The position numbers and the translations under genes were made by a program. This document shows, piece after piece, positions 7,769 to 16,755 of a DNA stretch of 61,280 bases. Under the pieces are notes generated by a model. It saw only the letters and a program-made list of their open reading frames with translations, did no database searches and had not been told where the DNA came from. Positions within the stretch are counted from its first letter, which is position 1. Every line of letters begins with the position of its first letter. Source of the stretch: an uncultured Chromatiales bacterium. GTDB taxonomy: Bacteria; Pseudomonadota; Gammaproteobacteria; SZUA-140. The stretch is taken from contig CAZJKV010000001.1 of NCBI GenBank assembly GCA_964546765.1, positions 1 to 61,280 of the forward strand, in the 5' to 3' direction.

Positions 7769-9328
7769 TCAGGACAACCGTTCGTCGTCGGGGGCGGGTA
7801 CGAATGCGTGTGGATAGAGCACCAGATGCCGGCGAGGTTCGCTGCCGATGCTTTCAGCCATCATCCTGTGGCGGCTCGCGACCCGGTGCTGGAGGCGGCG
7901 CAGCGACGCGGGTCGCGGCGTGAGTTCGACGACGACGCCTTCATGCATTGCGCGGCGGATGCCTTCCTCGGTCTCGCGCACCGCCATCTCGGCCTCGTTC
8001 TCGTCGACGCCAGGCATCACGTTGAACAGATTCCGCAGCAGGTGGCGGATCTGCGCGGTTGAATTCTTCTTGACTGCGTAAATCGGGGCGCCGGTCGCGC
8101 GCACGACCCGTTGCAGACGCCCGTCGTTGCTACGCGAGCGCAACGCAACGATCAGGTTGGCGCGTTCGGGGCGGTTGACGACCTGGGCCTTGATCTGCAG
8201 ATCGCGGATAACGCGTTCTACCATGTCGCGGGCGAGGGCATGGGGGTAGATCCTGACCGTCTGCTTCAGGTCGCCGGCAAGCAACGGCTGGGATGCGTCA
8301 TCGAACGCCGGTGTTGATTCAGGGTGCGACGCCGGCGGCGTGATCTCGGGTCGCTCGCCATCCGGGGTGCGGCGCACCGCGCCCGGCGGCAGCCCGCGCA
8401 GCAGGTTGTCCACCGCGAGTGCGGTGTCGGCATGGACGATGACCTCGTCATGATCGACGATCTCGACGACGGCATCGAAGGTCGGCGGCGACTTGCGTTC
8501 GGAGATCGTCTTCTGCGTCCCGCGAAATCGTGCCTCCTCGTCGCCGAGCGTGACGGTCTGAACACCGCCGATCAGGTCCGCAAGGGTCGGATTTCGCACC
8601 AGGTTGTCGAGCGTATTGCCGTGCGCGGTGCCGATCAGCTGCACGCCGCGCTCCGCAATCGTACGCGCGGCGAGCGCCTCGGCGCTGGTGCCAATCTCGT
8701 CAATGATGATGACTTCGGGCATATGATTCTCGACCGCCTCGATCATGACCGCATGCTGCGCCTCGGGATACGCGACCTGCATGCGCCGGGATGAGCCGAT
8801 TGCCCGGTGCGGGATATCGCCGTCGCCGGCGATCTCGTTCGAAGTGTCGATGACGATGACGCGCTTCTGGAAGTCGTCGGCGAGCACGCGCGCGATCTCG
8901 CGCAGCTTGGTCGTCTTGCCGACGCCGGGTCGGCCGAGCAGTAGCACGCTGCGACCGCTGTCGATCAGGTCGCGTATCAGATCGATGGTACCGAATACGG
9001 TGCGTCCGACGCGCAGTGTCAGGCCGACAATGTCGCCGCGCCGGTTACGGATCGCCGAGATTCGGTGAAGCGTGCCCTCGATGCCGGCGCGATTATCGCT
9101 GCCGAATTCACCGACCGCGCCGGTGACGTGCGCGAGGTCTTCCCTGATGACGCCCTGTACGGAAAGGTTGACGGCGCGGCCGGGCAGGCGTGCCTGCGGG
9201 GGACGACCGAGGTCAAGCACGATCTCGAGCAGTTGTTCGCCGGGAAAGTCGCTGATGCGCCGCTGCAGATCCGGCGGCAGGGTGTGGATCAGGAGCTGGA
9301 GGTCGTCGGTATGCGGGTGTACGGTCAT
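7769..9328 (-). CDS. AAA-type ATPase with a C-terminal R3H nucleic-acid-binding domain (Ycf45/SpoIIIAA-like)
   Basis: 519 aa. Walker A GRPGVGKTT and Walker B VIIIDEIG. The C-terminus (LTPRPASLRRLQHRVASRHRMMAESIGSEPRRHLVLYP) is R3H-like. Confidence 0.8.
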   Translation of the reverse strand: MTVHPHTDDLQLLIHTLPPDLQRRISDFPGEQLLEIVLDLGRPPQARLPGRAVNLSVQGVIREDLAHVTGAVGEFGSDNRAGIEGTLHRISAIRNRRGDIVGLTLRVGRTVFGTIDLIRDLIDSGRSVLLLGRPGVGKTTKLREIARVLADDFQKRVIVIDTSNEIAGDGDIPHRAIGSSRRMQVAYPEAQHAVMIEAVENHMPEVIIIDEIGTSAEALAARTIAERGVQLIGTAHGNTLDNLVRNPTLADLIGGVQTVTLGDEEARFRGTQKTISERKSPPTFDAVVEIVDHDEVIVHADTALAVDNLLRGLPPGAVRRTPDGERPEITPPASHPESTPAFDDASQPLLAGDLKQTVRIYPHALARDMVERVIRDLQIKAQVVNRPERANLIVALRSRSNDGRLQRVVRATGAPIYAVKKNSTAQIRHLLRNLFNVMPGVDENEAEMAVRETEEGIRRAMHEGVVVELTPRPASLRRLQHRVASRHRMMAESIGSEPRRHLVLYPHAFVPAPDDERLS

Positions 9329-9409
9329 TTCGTACGTTGAGTTGGTGCGCCTGCATCGGATAGTCGGATTATACCATCGTCCGGTCCGTTCCCGGAGGGG
9401 TCTCGTCCC

Positions 9410-9799
9410 TCAAGGAAACTGGATCTTGCCGCCGCCGGGTGTGCCACCCATGCCGCCGTCCATCCCTCCCTGCGGGAGCACGATCGACGAGGCCGCGTCG
9501 CGGCGCATCTCCTTCAGTTCCTCGATCGTCTCATGGGCCGCCTGCTGTGCCGCGGCGCCGAAGTGCGCCGCCGCTTCCTCCAGCGATCCGGCCGGTATCT
9601 CGAAGTGCAGCGGCAAGGCGCCGAGCGGAGTCAGCATCTGTGTCTGGCCGACATAGAGCGTCTCGCGCGCGTTATCGTCCGAGCCGTCAGGCCGGATCGG
9701 GATCAGCCTGCGCACGGTGCCGATACGACGGTCGGTGAAGGTCTCTTCACGGTAGAGCTCCGTCGCGTCCATCGAGAAATCGGTGCCCTGTGTATCCAT
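9410..9799 (-). CDS. Hypothetical protein (acidic N-terminus, Gly/Met-rich C-terminus)
   Basis: Track ORF trimmed to the Met at 9799 (MDTQGTDFSMDATELYREETF...). I recognise no domain. Codon usage resembles its neighbours. Confidence 0.5.
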   Translation of the reverse strand: MDTQGTDFSMDATELYREETFTDRRIGTVRRLIPIRPDGSDDNARETLYVGQTQMLTPLGALPLHFEIPAGSLEEAAAHFGAAAQQAAHETIEELKEMRRDAASSIVLPQGGMDGGMGGTPGGGKIQFP

Positions 9800-9941
9800 G
9801 TCGCTCACGTCTTTGTCCTCCTGGTAACAGCCTGTGCCTTTAAAGAGTAGCAGATATCGCACCGGGAGGGGAAAGGCCGTTACCGGGGCCGCCGCCTGGT
9901 GTAACATGAGTCACGGATCAACTGGTCAGCAGGAGGGAGGC

Positions 9942-10400
9942 ATGATCGAAAAGATCATTTCCGGCGGACAAACCGGCGTCGACCGGGCCGCGCTGGATGC
10001 GGCAATCGCGAACGGGATCGCCTGTGGCGGCTGGTGTCCGTCGGGCCGTCACGCCGACGATGGCCCGATCCCGGATCGCTACCCGCTCCAGGAAACCGCG
10101 GACATGGACCACACCGTGCGGACCGAGCACAACGTGCGCGATTCCGACGGGACGCTGGTGATGTACCGCGGCAAGCTGCAGGGCGGGACGGCCTACGCGG
10201 CGCTGATGGCCGGACACCTGAAGCGCCCGGTCATGGCGCTCAATCTCGACGAATCGAACGACCCGGCGGCCGTTACGGCCTGGATTGCGGAAAACCGGAT
10301 CCGGGTCCTGCACATCGGCGGCCAGCGCGAATTGAGCAGCCCCGGGATCTATGCTGCAGCACGTGCACTTATCGAGGCCATCCTCGCGGCGGCCCGCTGA
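9942..10400 (+). CDS. SLOG-superfamily protein (putative molybdenum-carrier / YpsA-like)
   Basis: Trimmed to the ATG at 9942, which follows the aggagggagg RBS. MIEKIISGGQTGVDRAALDAAIANGIACGGWCP matches the GGQTGxDR signature of this family. Confidence 0.75.
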   Translation: MIEKIISGGQTGVDRAALDAAIANGIACGGWCPSGRHADDGPIPDRYPLQETADMDHTVRTEHNVRDSDGTLVMYRGKLQGGTAYAALMAGHLKRPVMALNLDESNDPAAVTAWIAENRIRVLHIGGQRELSSPGIYAAARALIEAILAAAR

Positions 10401-10406
10401 CCTGCA

Positions 10407-10679
10407 ATGGCCGATTCGTCAACGATCGATCCCGTCGCTGACTGGCTCGCGCGGACGCCTGTGCTGTCCCGGTTTTGTACGCAAAACGGCTGGGTCGACG
10501 GTGATTCCCTGCGTTATGAGGTCAGGCAGAGGGGCCCTGGCCGGATGCGTATCAATGTCCATTTCATCGAAATCGTCATGGAGGGCGCCGGCTGCGTCGC
10601 CGCGCGCGTCGAGTGTTACGGGCAGCTCGATCTCGAGCTGGACGCCAAGGGCAGGGTCATCGACGCGAACCCTGTATGA
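10407..10679 (+). CDS. Hypothetical 90-aa protein, 6 nt downstream of the SLOG gene
   Basis: ORF only. The tight spacing suggests co-transcription with 9942..10400. Confidence 0.45.
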   Translation: MADSSTIDPVADWLARTPVLSRFCTQNGWVDGDSLRYEVRQRGPGRMRINVHFIEIVMEGAGCVAARVECYGQLDLELDAKGRVIDANPV

Positions 10680-10697
10680 GTTGGTCCTGCTGTTGCA

Positions 10698-11798
10698 TTA
10701 CACGTAAGGGGCGATCTGCGCGGCGATCGCGTCGCGCTTGTGTTCGATGTCATCAACCAGACTGAACTGGGTCTGTGCGCGGCGCAGGTTCTGTTCCGGG
10801 TAATCGGTCCTGAAATAGCGGTTGCCGTTCAGATGGTCGGCGAGAAAACGCGCGCCGAGCTCGAACGGTATCAGACGGATCGCAGCGACGAGGTGACCGG
10901 CTTCCATTCCGGCGACGGCGGCGCCGGCCTCCTTGAAATATCCGCCGAGCGTCGCATCGCAGGTCTCGAGGTCAAAGTGGACAGGCGCCCCGCTTTCCGG
11001 CGACTCCCCCGAACGGTTACAGCAGGAACGCAGGCAATCCGCGATGTCATGGTGCGGGATGCCGGGTTTGAAGGTGTCGAGATCGATCAGGGCCACCGCG
11101 TGCCCGCTCGTTTCGTCGAACAGGAAGTTGTCGAGCTTGGGATCGCCATGGACCGCCTGGCGCCGGATACGTCCGGCCGCGAGCGCGGCCTCGATCTCGC
11201 CGGCCCCGGCGCGGCGGGCGTCGACGAAGTCCAGACATTCACGAACGCCCGCTTGCGCGAGCAGCGCAGGATCCCCCTGCTCGAGTGCCTGCGCGAGGCG
11301 TTCCAGGTGGCGCGGCGTGTTGTGGAAATCGGGCCGGGTATCGTGCAGGTGCGCGATGTCCATGTCCTCGACCAGTGCGTGAAAGCGTCCCAGCGCGCGC
11401 CCGGCTTCGCGTGCCTGAGCGGTGTCGCGCGGCTTGTGAAAGCCCAGCGTGTGCTCGAAATAGCTCATTGCGCGCCAGGCGTCGCCCTGCGCGTCGATCA
11501 GGAAGGCGGCGCCATCCCGGGTCCGGTAGAGCCGAGGGAAGCGCAGGTCCCATGCGCGCGCACCTTCGGCCGCCTGACGTGCGCATACATGCGCTAGCAG
11601 CCGTTCGATATTGTCGCTGATCTCGCCGGGACGGGGAAACGCGGCGCGGTTCAGGCGCTGCAGAATCACGCGGGGCGTTACCGTGTTGTCAGTCGTGACC
11701 AGCCATGTATCGTTGATCAGGCCGCTGCCGTGGCGGCGCAGGTCGACGATCCCGCCATCGAGCGCGAATGCGGCGGCGATGTCGCGCGGCGATGTCAT
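10698..11798 (-). CDS. Phosphotransferase of the APH / choline-kinase-like family
   Basis: Trimmed to the Met at 11798. Catalytic loop HGDPKLDNFLFD and downstream IDLDT, as in Brenner-type kinase motifs. Confidence 0.7.
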   Translation of the reverse strand: MTSPRDIAAAFALDGGIVDLRRHGSGLINDTWLVTTDNTVTPRVILQRLNRAAFPRPGEISDNIERLLAHVCARQAAEGARAWDLRFPRLYRTRDGAAFLIDAQGDAWRAMSYFEHTLGFHKPRDTAQAREAGRALGRFHALVEDMDIAHLHDTRPDFHNTPRHLERLAQALEQGDPALLAQAGVRECLDFVDARRAGAGEIEAALAAGRIRRQAVHGDPKLDNFLFDETSGHAVALIDLDTFKPGIPHHDIADCLRSCCNRSGESPESGAPVHFDLETCDATLGGYFKEAGAAVAGMEAGHLVAAIRLIPFELGARFLADHLNGNRYFRTDYPEQNLRRAQTQFSLVDDIEHKRDAIAAQIAPYV

Positions 11799-12082
11799 CC
11801 TCGCAGTGCCTCGACCGAATAGCGCAACTCCCTGCGGTCGTCCTCGTCGCCCCAGGTGACGCGATCCTTGCCGGTCAGTCGGGGCCAGCGGGATGCGCCG
11901 GCCATCTCGGGTTTCCACAGCATCGGCTGTATCCAGCCGTATTCATCGCGCGTGAAGCCTGCCGGGATCTTGCGCTCGATCAGCGCCTTGATCACCGCCT
12001 GTTGCGGCGACTCCGCTTTCACGACGGCATTGCGCTCGAGTTCCGGGCGTTCGTAAAACGCGGTCACCTGGTAGGTCGGCAT
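11795..12082 (-). CDS. Hypothetical 95-aa protein translationally coupled to the kinase
   Basis: Its TGA overlaps the kinase ATG (ATGA at 11795-11798). No domain recognised. Confidence 0.45.
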   Translation of the reverse strand: MPTYQVTAFYERPELERNAVVKAESPQQAVIKALIERKIPAGFTRDEYGWIQPMLWKPEMAGASRWPRLTGKDRVTWGDEDDRRELRYSVEALRG

Positions 12083-12236
12083 CGTCCTGTCATCCCTTCT
12101 CCGCAGCGTCGTCGCGGATCGGCATGATTGTAAAGCGAATATATCTGCTTGCGAAGGACCATCGCGGGCGCGGCGGCGCTCGCGCGGGTTTTCATGTTAC
12201 CATCGCGGGCATGCGCTATTTCCGGCGAACGAGCGG

Positions 12237-12617
12237 ATGCCTGTCCTCCGCCTGCACCATGTAAGCGTTGTCGTCGCCGACTCGGCGCGGGCGCTCGCGT
12301 TTTATCGCGACTTGCTGGGCCTGCCCGAGGCTTCCCGGCCTGACCTCGGCTATCCTGGCGCCTGGCTGGCGGTCGGCTCGCAGCAGATTCACCTGCTCGA
12401 ATTGCCGAATCCCGATCCGGTCGCGGCGCGTCCGCACCACGTCGGTCACGATCGCCATACGGCCTTTCAGGTCGACGACGTGGACGCGCTGGCCGCGCGA
12501 CTCGAGCGATCCGGCGTGGCATTCACGCGCAGCCGCAGCGGACGACGCGCACTGTTCTGCCGGGATCCGGATGGTAACGGCATCGAGATGATAGAAAGTG
12601 AAGGAGTGGCTCAGTGA
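12237..12617 (+). CDS. VOC-family (glyoxalase/bleomycin-resistance/dioxygenase fold) protein
   Basis: 126 aa. LHHVSVVVADSARALAFYRDLLGL ... HTAFQVDD ... DPDGNGIEM. Confidence 0.85.
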   Translation: MPVLRLHHVSVVVADSARALAFYRDLLGLPEASRPDLGYPGAWLAVGSQQIHLLELPNPDPVAARPHHVGHDRHTAFQVDDVDALAARLERSGVAFTRSRSGRRALFCRDPDGNGIEMIESEGVAQ

Positions 12618-13432
12618 CCGAAAGAAAGACCCGCATCACCCTCGAGCCCTGGCGCAACGAGGCCTTCCTCAAGAGCAGCAGCGCGCGTGCGTTGCGGATC
12701 CTTTCCGAGTACATAGAACCGAAAAGCCGATTCGATCATCATTCTGTCGAGGACACCATCGTGTTTCTCGGTTCGGCACGCCTGAAATCGCGGGAAGATG
12801 CCGAGGCTGCGCTCATGGCCGCCGAGTCGGGCGAGGGCGATGTCCGGATCGCGCGCCGCGATCTTGCGATGTCGCAATACTACGAGGCCTCGCGAGAGAT
12901 CGCGCGGCGCCTGACCGAGTGGTCCAAGGAACTCGGCGACGAGCAGCGCCGCTTTGTCGTCTGTACCGGCGGCGGTCCCGGCATCATGGAGGCGGCGAAT
13001 CGCGGCGCGTCGGAGGCCAAGGGGATGAATGTCGGACTGACGATTTCGATCCCGGTCGAGGAGTTCGACAATACCTATGTAACGCGCGAGTTGTCCTTCC
13101 ACTTCCATTATTTCTTCATGCGAAAGTTCTGGTTCATGTACCTCGCAAAAGCGGTGCTGGTGTTCCCGGGCGGCTTCGGCACGCTCGATGAACTGTTCGA
13201 GGTCCTGACCCTGCTGCAGACCCGAAAGATGCGCAAACACCTCCCTGTCGTGATGTTCGGCACGAAATTCTGGCGCGATGTCGTCAACTTCGATGCGCTG
13301 ATCGAGGCCGGCACAATCAGCCCGGGCGATATCGATCTGATGCACTTCACGGACTCGATCGACGATGCCTGCGAATATATCATTCGCCATTTGAAGGAAT
13401 ACGCGCTCGAAGAGCGCGGCGCGCGCTTGTGA
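12614..13432 (+). CDS. LOG-family (TIGR00730-type) Rossmann-fold nucleotide hydrolase with an N-terminal extension
   Basis: 272 aa. GGGPGIMEAANRGA and PGGFGTLDELFEVLTLLQTRK motifs. Its GTG start overlaps the VOC stop (GTGA). Confidence 0.85.
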   Translation: MTERKTRITLEPWRNEAFLKSSSARALRILSEYIEPKSRFDHHSVEDTIVFLGSARLKSREDAEAALMAAESGEGDVRIARRDLAMSQYYEASREIARRLTEWSKELGDEQRRFVVCTGGGPGIMEAANRGASEAKGMNVGLTISIPVEEFDNTYVTRELSFHFHYFFMRKFWFMYLAKAVLVFPGGFGTLDELFEVLTLLQTRKMRKHLPVVMFGTKFWRDVVNFDALIEAGTISPGDIDLMHFTDSIDDACEYIIRHLKEYALEERGARL

Positions 13433-14508
13433 AGACCTATTCCTGCACTTGCGGGAACACCCTGTATTTCGAGAACAGCATCTGCCTGAATTGCGGGCGT
13501 ACTGCTGGTTTCGCGCCGGATGCAATGCGCATGATAGGGCTGGATCAGGCGAGCGAGGGCCTGTGGCGCGACCCGCAGACCGGCGGGCTCTATCGTAAAT
13601 GTGTGAATTATCTGACCCGTGATGTCTGCAACTGGGTGGTGCCGACCGGTGACGAGGAGCATTTCTGCCGATCCTGCCGCCTGAACCTCGTCATACCCAA
13701 TCTCGACATGCCGCAGAACCTCGTGCTGTGGTATCGTGTCGAATCCGCGAAACGCCGCCTGCTTTATACGCTGTTCAGGTTGCGCTTACCGGCGACCAGC
13801 CGTACCCGGGATCCAGTGCGTGGCCTGGGTTTCGAGTTTCTCGCCGACGCCGAGGATACGGACGAATTTTCCAACGCCATCCTGCCCCAGGCCAGTATCA
13901 TCACCGGCCATCGTGCCGGCATCATCACCATCAACATCCGCGAGGCCGAGGACAGCGCGCGAGAGGAGATGCGGGTTAGGATGAACGAGCGCTATCGCAC
14001 CCTGCTCGGACATTTCAGGCACGAGTCGGGTCATTACTACTGGGATCTGCTGGTCGCGCACAGCGGCATGCTGGAAGGTTTCAGGGGACTGTTCGGCGAC
14101 GAGCGCCAGGACTATGCGCAGGCGCTTGACCGCTATTACCGCGACGGGCCGCCGATAGGCTGGGAAGAATCCTGGATCAGCGCCTACGCGAGCGCGCACC
14201 CGTGGGAGGACTGGGCGGAAACCTGGGCCCATTACCTGCACATGGTCGACACGCTCGAGACCGCTCACGATTACGGGTTCAGCATCGAGGGGCGCCGCCT
14301 CGTAGCGCCGCATCCCGTCGGCCAGGCCGCCTCAGGCTACAATCCACCGGCCTCGTTCGATGTGCTGGTGGAGGACTGGGGGGCGCTGACCGTCGCGCTC
14401 AACGCGCTGAACCGGAGCATGGGTCTGCCCGATGCCTATCCGTTCGCCATGACCGGCAGGGCACTGGAGAAGATTGGCTTTGCTCACTCGGTCATCAACG
14501 GGAGCTGA
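13429..14508 (+). CDS. Zinc-ribbon plus HExxH putative zinc metallopeptidase
   Basis: 359 aa. N-terminal CTCGNTLYFENSICLNCG zinc ribbon and the HESGH motif (FRHESGHYYWD). Its GTG start overlaps the LOG stop (GTGA). Confidence 0.75.
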   Translation: MKTYSCTCGNTLYFENSICLNCGRTAGFAPDAMRMIGLDQASEGLWRDPQTGGLYRKCVNYLTRDVCNWVVPTGDEEHFCRSCRLNLVIPNLDMPQNLVLWYRVESAKRRLLYTLFRLRLPATSRTRDPVRGLGFEFLADAEDTDEFSNAILPQASIITGHRAGIITINIREAEDSAREEMRVRMNERYRTLLGHFRHESGHYYWDLLVAHSGMLEGFRGLFGDERQDYAQALDRYYRDGPPIGWEESWISAYASAHPWEDWAETWAHYLHMVDTLETAHDYGFSIEGRRLVAPHPVGQAASGYNPPASFDVLVEDWGALTVALNALNRSMGLPDAYPFAMTGRALEKIGFAHSVINGS

Positions 14509-14528
14509 TCAGGAAACGGGCTCCCTTC

Positions 14529-15260
14529 TTATTCCCATTCGAAACGGGGAAGGTTGTGAAAGGCACTTTGCAGGCCTTCATTCCAGCGTGTCTGCAGGGT
14601 GTTGTAGAGCGGGGCATTCAGGTCGAGCCTGAGGCGACGTGGTTCTGCAAGGCTGCCTGTTTCGTAGATTGCGACTTCGAACGGCGGGCCGACCGAGATG
14701 TTGCTGCGCATCGTCGAGTCGAGCGACACCAGTGCGCAGCGTGCGGCATCCTCGAGGCTGGTATCGGCGCTGATCACGCGGTCAAGAATCGGTTTGCCGT
14801 ACTTGTTCTCGCCGATCTGCAGATACGGCGTTTCCGGCGAAGCGCTGATATAATTGCCCTGCGGGTAGACCAGATAGATCTCGGGCTGACTTCCGGCGAT
14901 CTGGCCGCCGACGATGAAACTCGCGTCGGTCTGGATATTCGCACTCTTCATGATGTCGGCGTGCTGCTGTTGTTCGGCCTGATTGATCAGTCCGACATAG
15001 TGGGCGACCTCGAACATGTGGTCCGACCGGCGCAGGTTGCCTGCTGCTTCCTCGTCTTCAAGATCACGCTGGACCTTGTTAAGCACCGCCTGGGTCGTCG
15101 CGAGGTTGCCGGCGGTCAGAATGGTGATATAGCGTTCACCCGGCCAGCTAAAGACATGCATCTTGCTGTAGGTCGTCACATAATCCATGCCGGCGTTGGT
15201 CCGCGAATCGGAGGCGAAGACCAGGCCCTTGCGTATCTTGATCGCGAGGCAGTATGTCAT
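14529..15260 (-). CDS. Anbu-type proteasome-like Ntn hydrolase (ancestral beta subunit)
   Basis: 243 aa. N-terminus MTYCLAIKIRKGLVFASDSRTNAG, with Thr directly after Met and proteasome beta-subunit-like sequence. Confidence 0.85.
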   Translation of the reverse strand: MTYCLAIKIRKGLVFASDSRTNAGMDYVTTYSKMHVFSWPGERYITILTAGNLATTQAVLNKVQRDLEDEEAAGNLRRSDHMFEVAHYVGLINQAEQQQHADIMKSANIQTDASFIVGGQIAGSQPEIYLVYPQGNYISASPETPYLQIGENKYGKPILDRVISADTSLEDAARCALVSLDSTMRSNISVGPPFEVAIYETGSLAEPRRLRLDLNAPLYNTLQTRWNEGLQSAFHNLPRFEWE

Positions 15261-15297
15261 TGTGTTCCCATGTTCAGGGATGTGATAAAAACATAAT

Positions 15298-16749
15298 ATG
15301 GCAATTCGCTGGGGGAGTTACAAGGTCAAGGGGATCCATGACGAACTGATGCGCGCGACCGGTCGTCCGCGGCCGGCAGCCAGGGCCCTGTGCCAATACC
15401 TGCGCGGCCTGAAGGACGAAGAGCTCCAGCAAAGCAGGGCCGCCGCCGAGCTCGCGATCCACATCATGGGGATCACCTTTACCGTCTATTCCGAGGAGGA
15501 GGGTTCGATCGACCGGGCCTGGCCCTTCGACATCATCCCCCGGATCATTCCGCGTGATGAATGGGAGCGCATTGAGCGGGGCTTGTGCCAGCGCGTGCAT
15601 GCGCTGAACCTGTTCATCGACGATCTCTATCATGGGCAGCGCATTATCCGGGACAAAATCGTGCCGGCCGCGCTGATCAACGAGTCGAAGAATTTCCGCA
15701 AGCAGTGCGTCGGCGTCGATCCGCCGCTCGGCATCTGGGCCCATGTCTGCGGCTCCGATCTCGTGCGCGACCGCGACGGGACGGTCTACGTCCTCGAGGA
15801 CAATCTGCGCGTGCCCTCGGGCGTGTCTTACATGCTCGAAAACCGGGCAGTCATGAAACGAGTGTTTCCGGAACTGTTCCAGAGCTACAGTATTCTCCCG
15901 GTCGACGACTATCCGTCGCAGCTCTATGACATGCTGAGTTCCCTGTCGCCGCGCGACATTGCCCAGCCCGAAATCGTCGTGCTGACGCCCGGCGTCTATA
16001 ATTCCGCCTATTTCGAGCACTCCTATCTCGCGCAGCAAATGGGCGCGGAGCTCGTAGAGGGGCGGGATCTGCTGGTGGGAGACGACGATCATGTCTACAT
16101 GCGTACCGTCGAGGGCCTGGCGCGCGTCGACGTGATCTATCGCCGCGTCGACGACCTCTTTCTCGATCCCGAGGTATTCAACCCGGATTCGCTGCTAGGC
16201 GTCCCGGGATTGATGCGCGCATGGAAGGCCGGCAAGGTCGCGCTCGCGAACGCGCCCGGCGCCGGTGTTGCCGACGACAAGGTCGTCTACGCCTACGTGC
16301 CCGAGATCATCAAGTACTATCTGGACGAGGATCCGCTGCTGCCGAACGTCCCTACCTACAAGTGCATTGACAAGAATGAGCGCGATCATGTGATCGCGAA
16401 TATCGAACGCATGGTCGTCAAGCCGGCGAACGAGTCCGGCGGGTACGGTATGCTGGTCGGTCCAGAGTCGAGTACGGATGAGCGGGAGCGATTCAAGCGC
16501 CTGATCCGTCGCGATCCGCGCAATTACGTCGCCCAGCCTTACCTGACCCTGTCGACGACGCCGACGCTGGTCGGTAATCGTGCCGAACCGCGGCATGTCG
16601 ATCTGCGGCCGTTCATCCTGTCAGGACGGGAGATCAGCGTGACGACCGGCGGCCTGACCCGGGTCGCCCTTCGCAAGGGTTCCAGCGTCGTGAATTCATC
16701 ACAGGGCGGAGGCAGCAAGGATACCTGGATCGTCGACATGGAGGTGTAA
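15298..16749 (+). CDS. Circularly permuted type-2 ATP-grasp protein
   Basis: 483 aa. The sequence is typical of the DUF404/DUF407 CP-ATP-grasp family (VLEDNLRVPSGVSYMLENR, NAPGAGVADDKVVY, VVKPANESGGYGM). Confidence 0.9.
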   Translation: MAIRWGSYKVKGIHDELMRATGRPRPAARALCQYLRGLKDEELQQSRAAAELAIHIMGITFTVYSEEEGSIDRAWPFDIIPRIIPRDEWERIERGLCQRVHALNLFIDDLYHGQRIIRDKIVPAALINESKNFRKQCVGVDPPLGIWAHVCGSDLVRDRDGTVYVLEDNLRVPSGVSYMLENRAVMKRVFPELFQSYSILPVDDYPSQLYDMLSSLSPRDIAQPEIVVLTPGVYNSAYFEHSYLAQQMGAELVEGRDLLVGDDDHVYMRTVEGLARVDVIYRRVDDLFLDPEVFNPDSLLGVPGLMRAWKAGKVALANAPGAGVADDKVVYAYVPEIIKYYLDEDPLLPNVPTYKCIDKNERDHVIANIERMVVKPANESGGYGMLVGPESSTDERERFKRLIRRDPRNYVAQPYLTLSTTPTLVGNRAEPRHVDLRPFILSGREISVTTGGLTRVALRKGSSVVNSSQGGGSKDTWIVDMEV

Positions 16750-16755
16750 CGGAAT

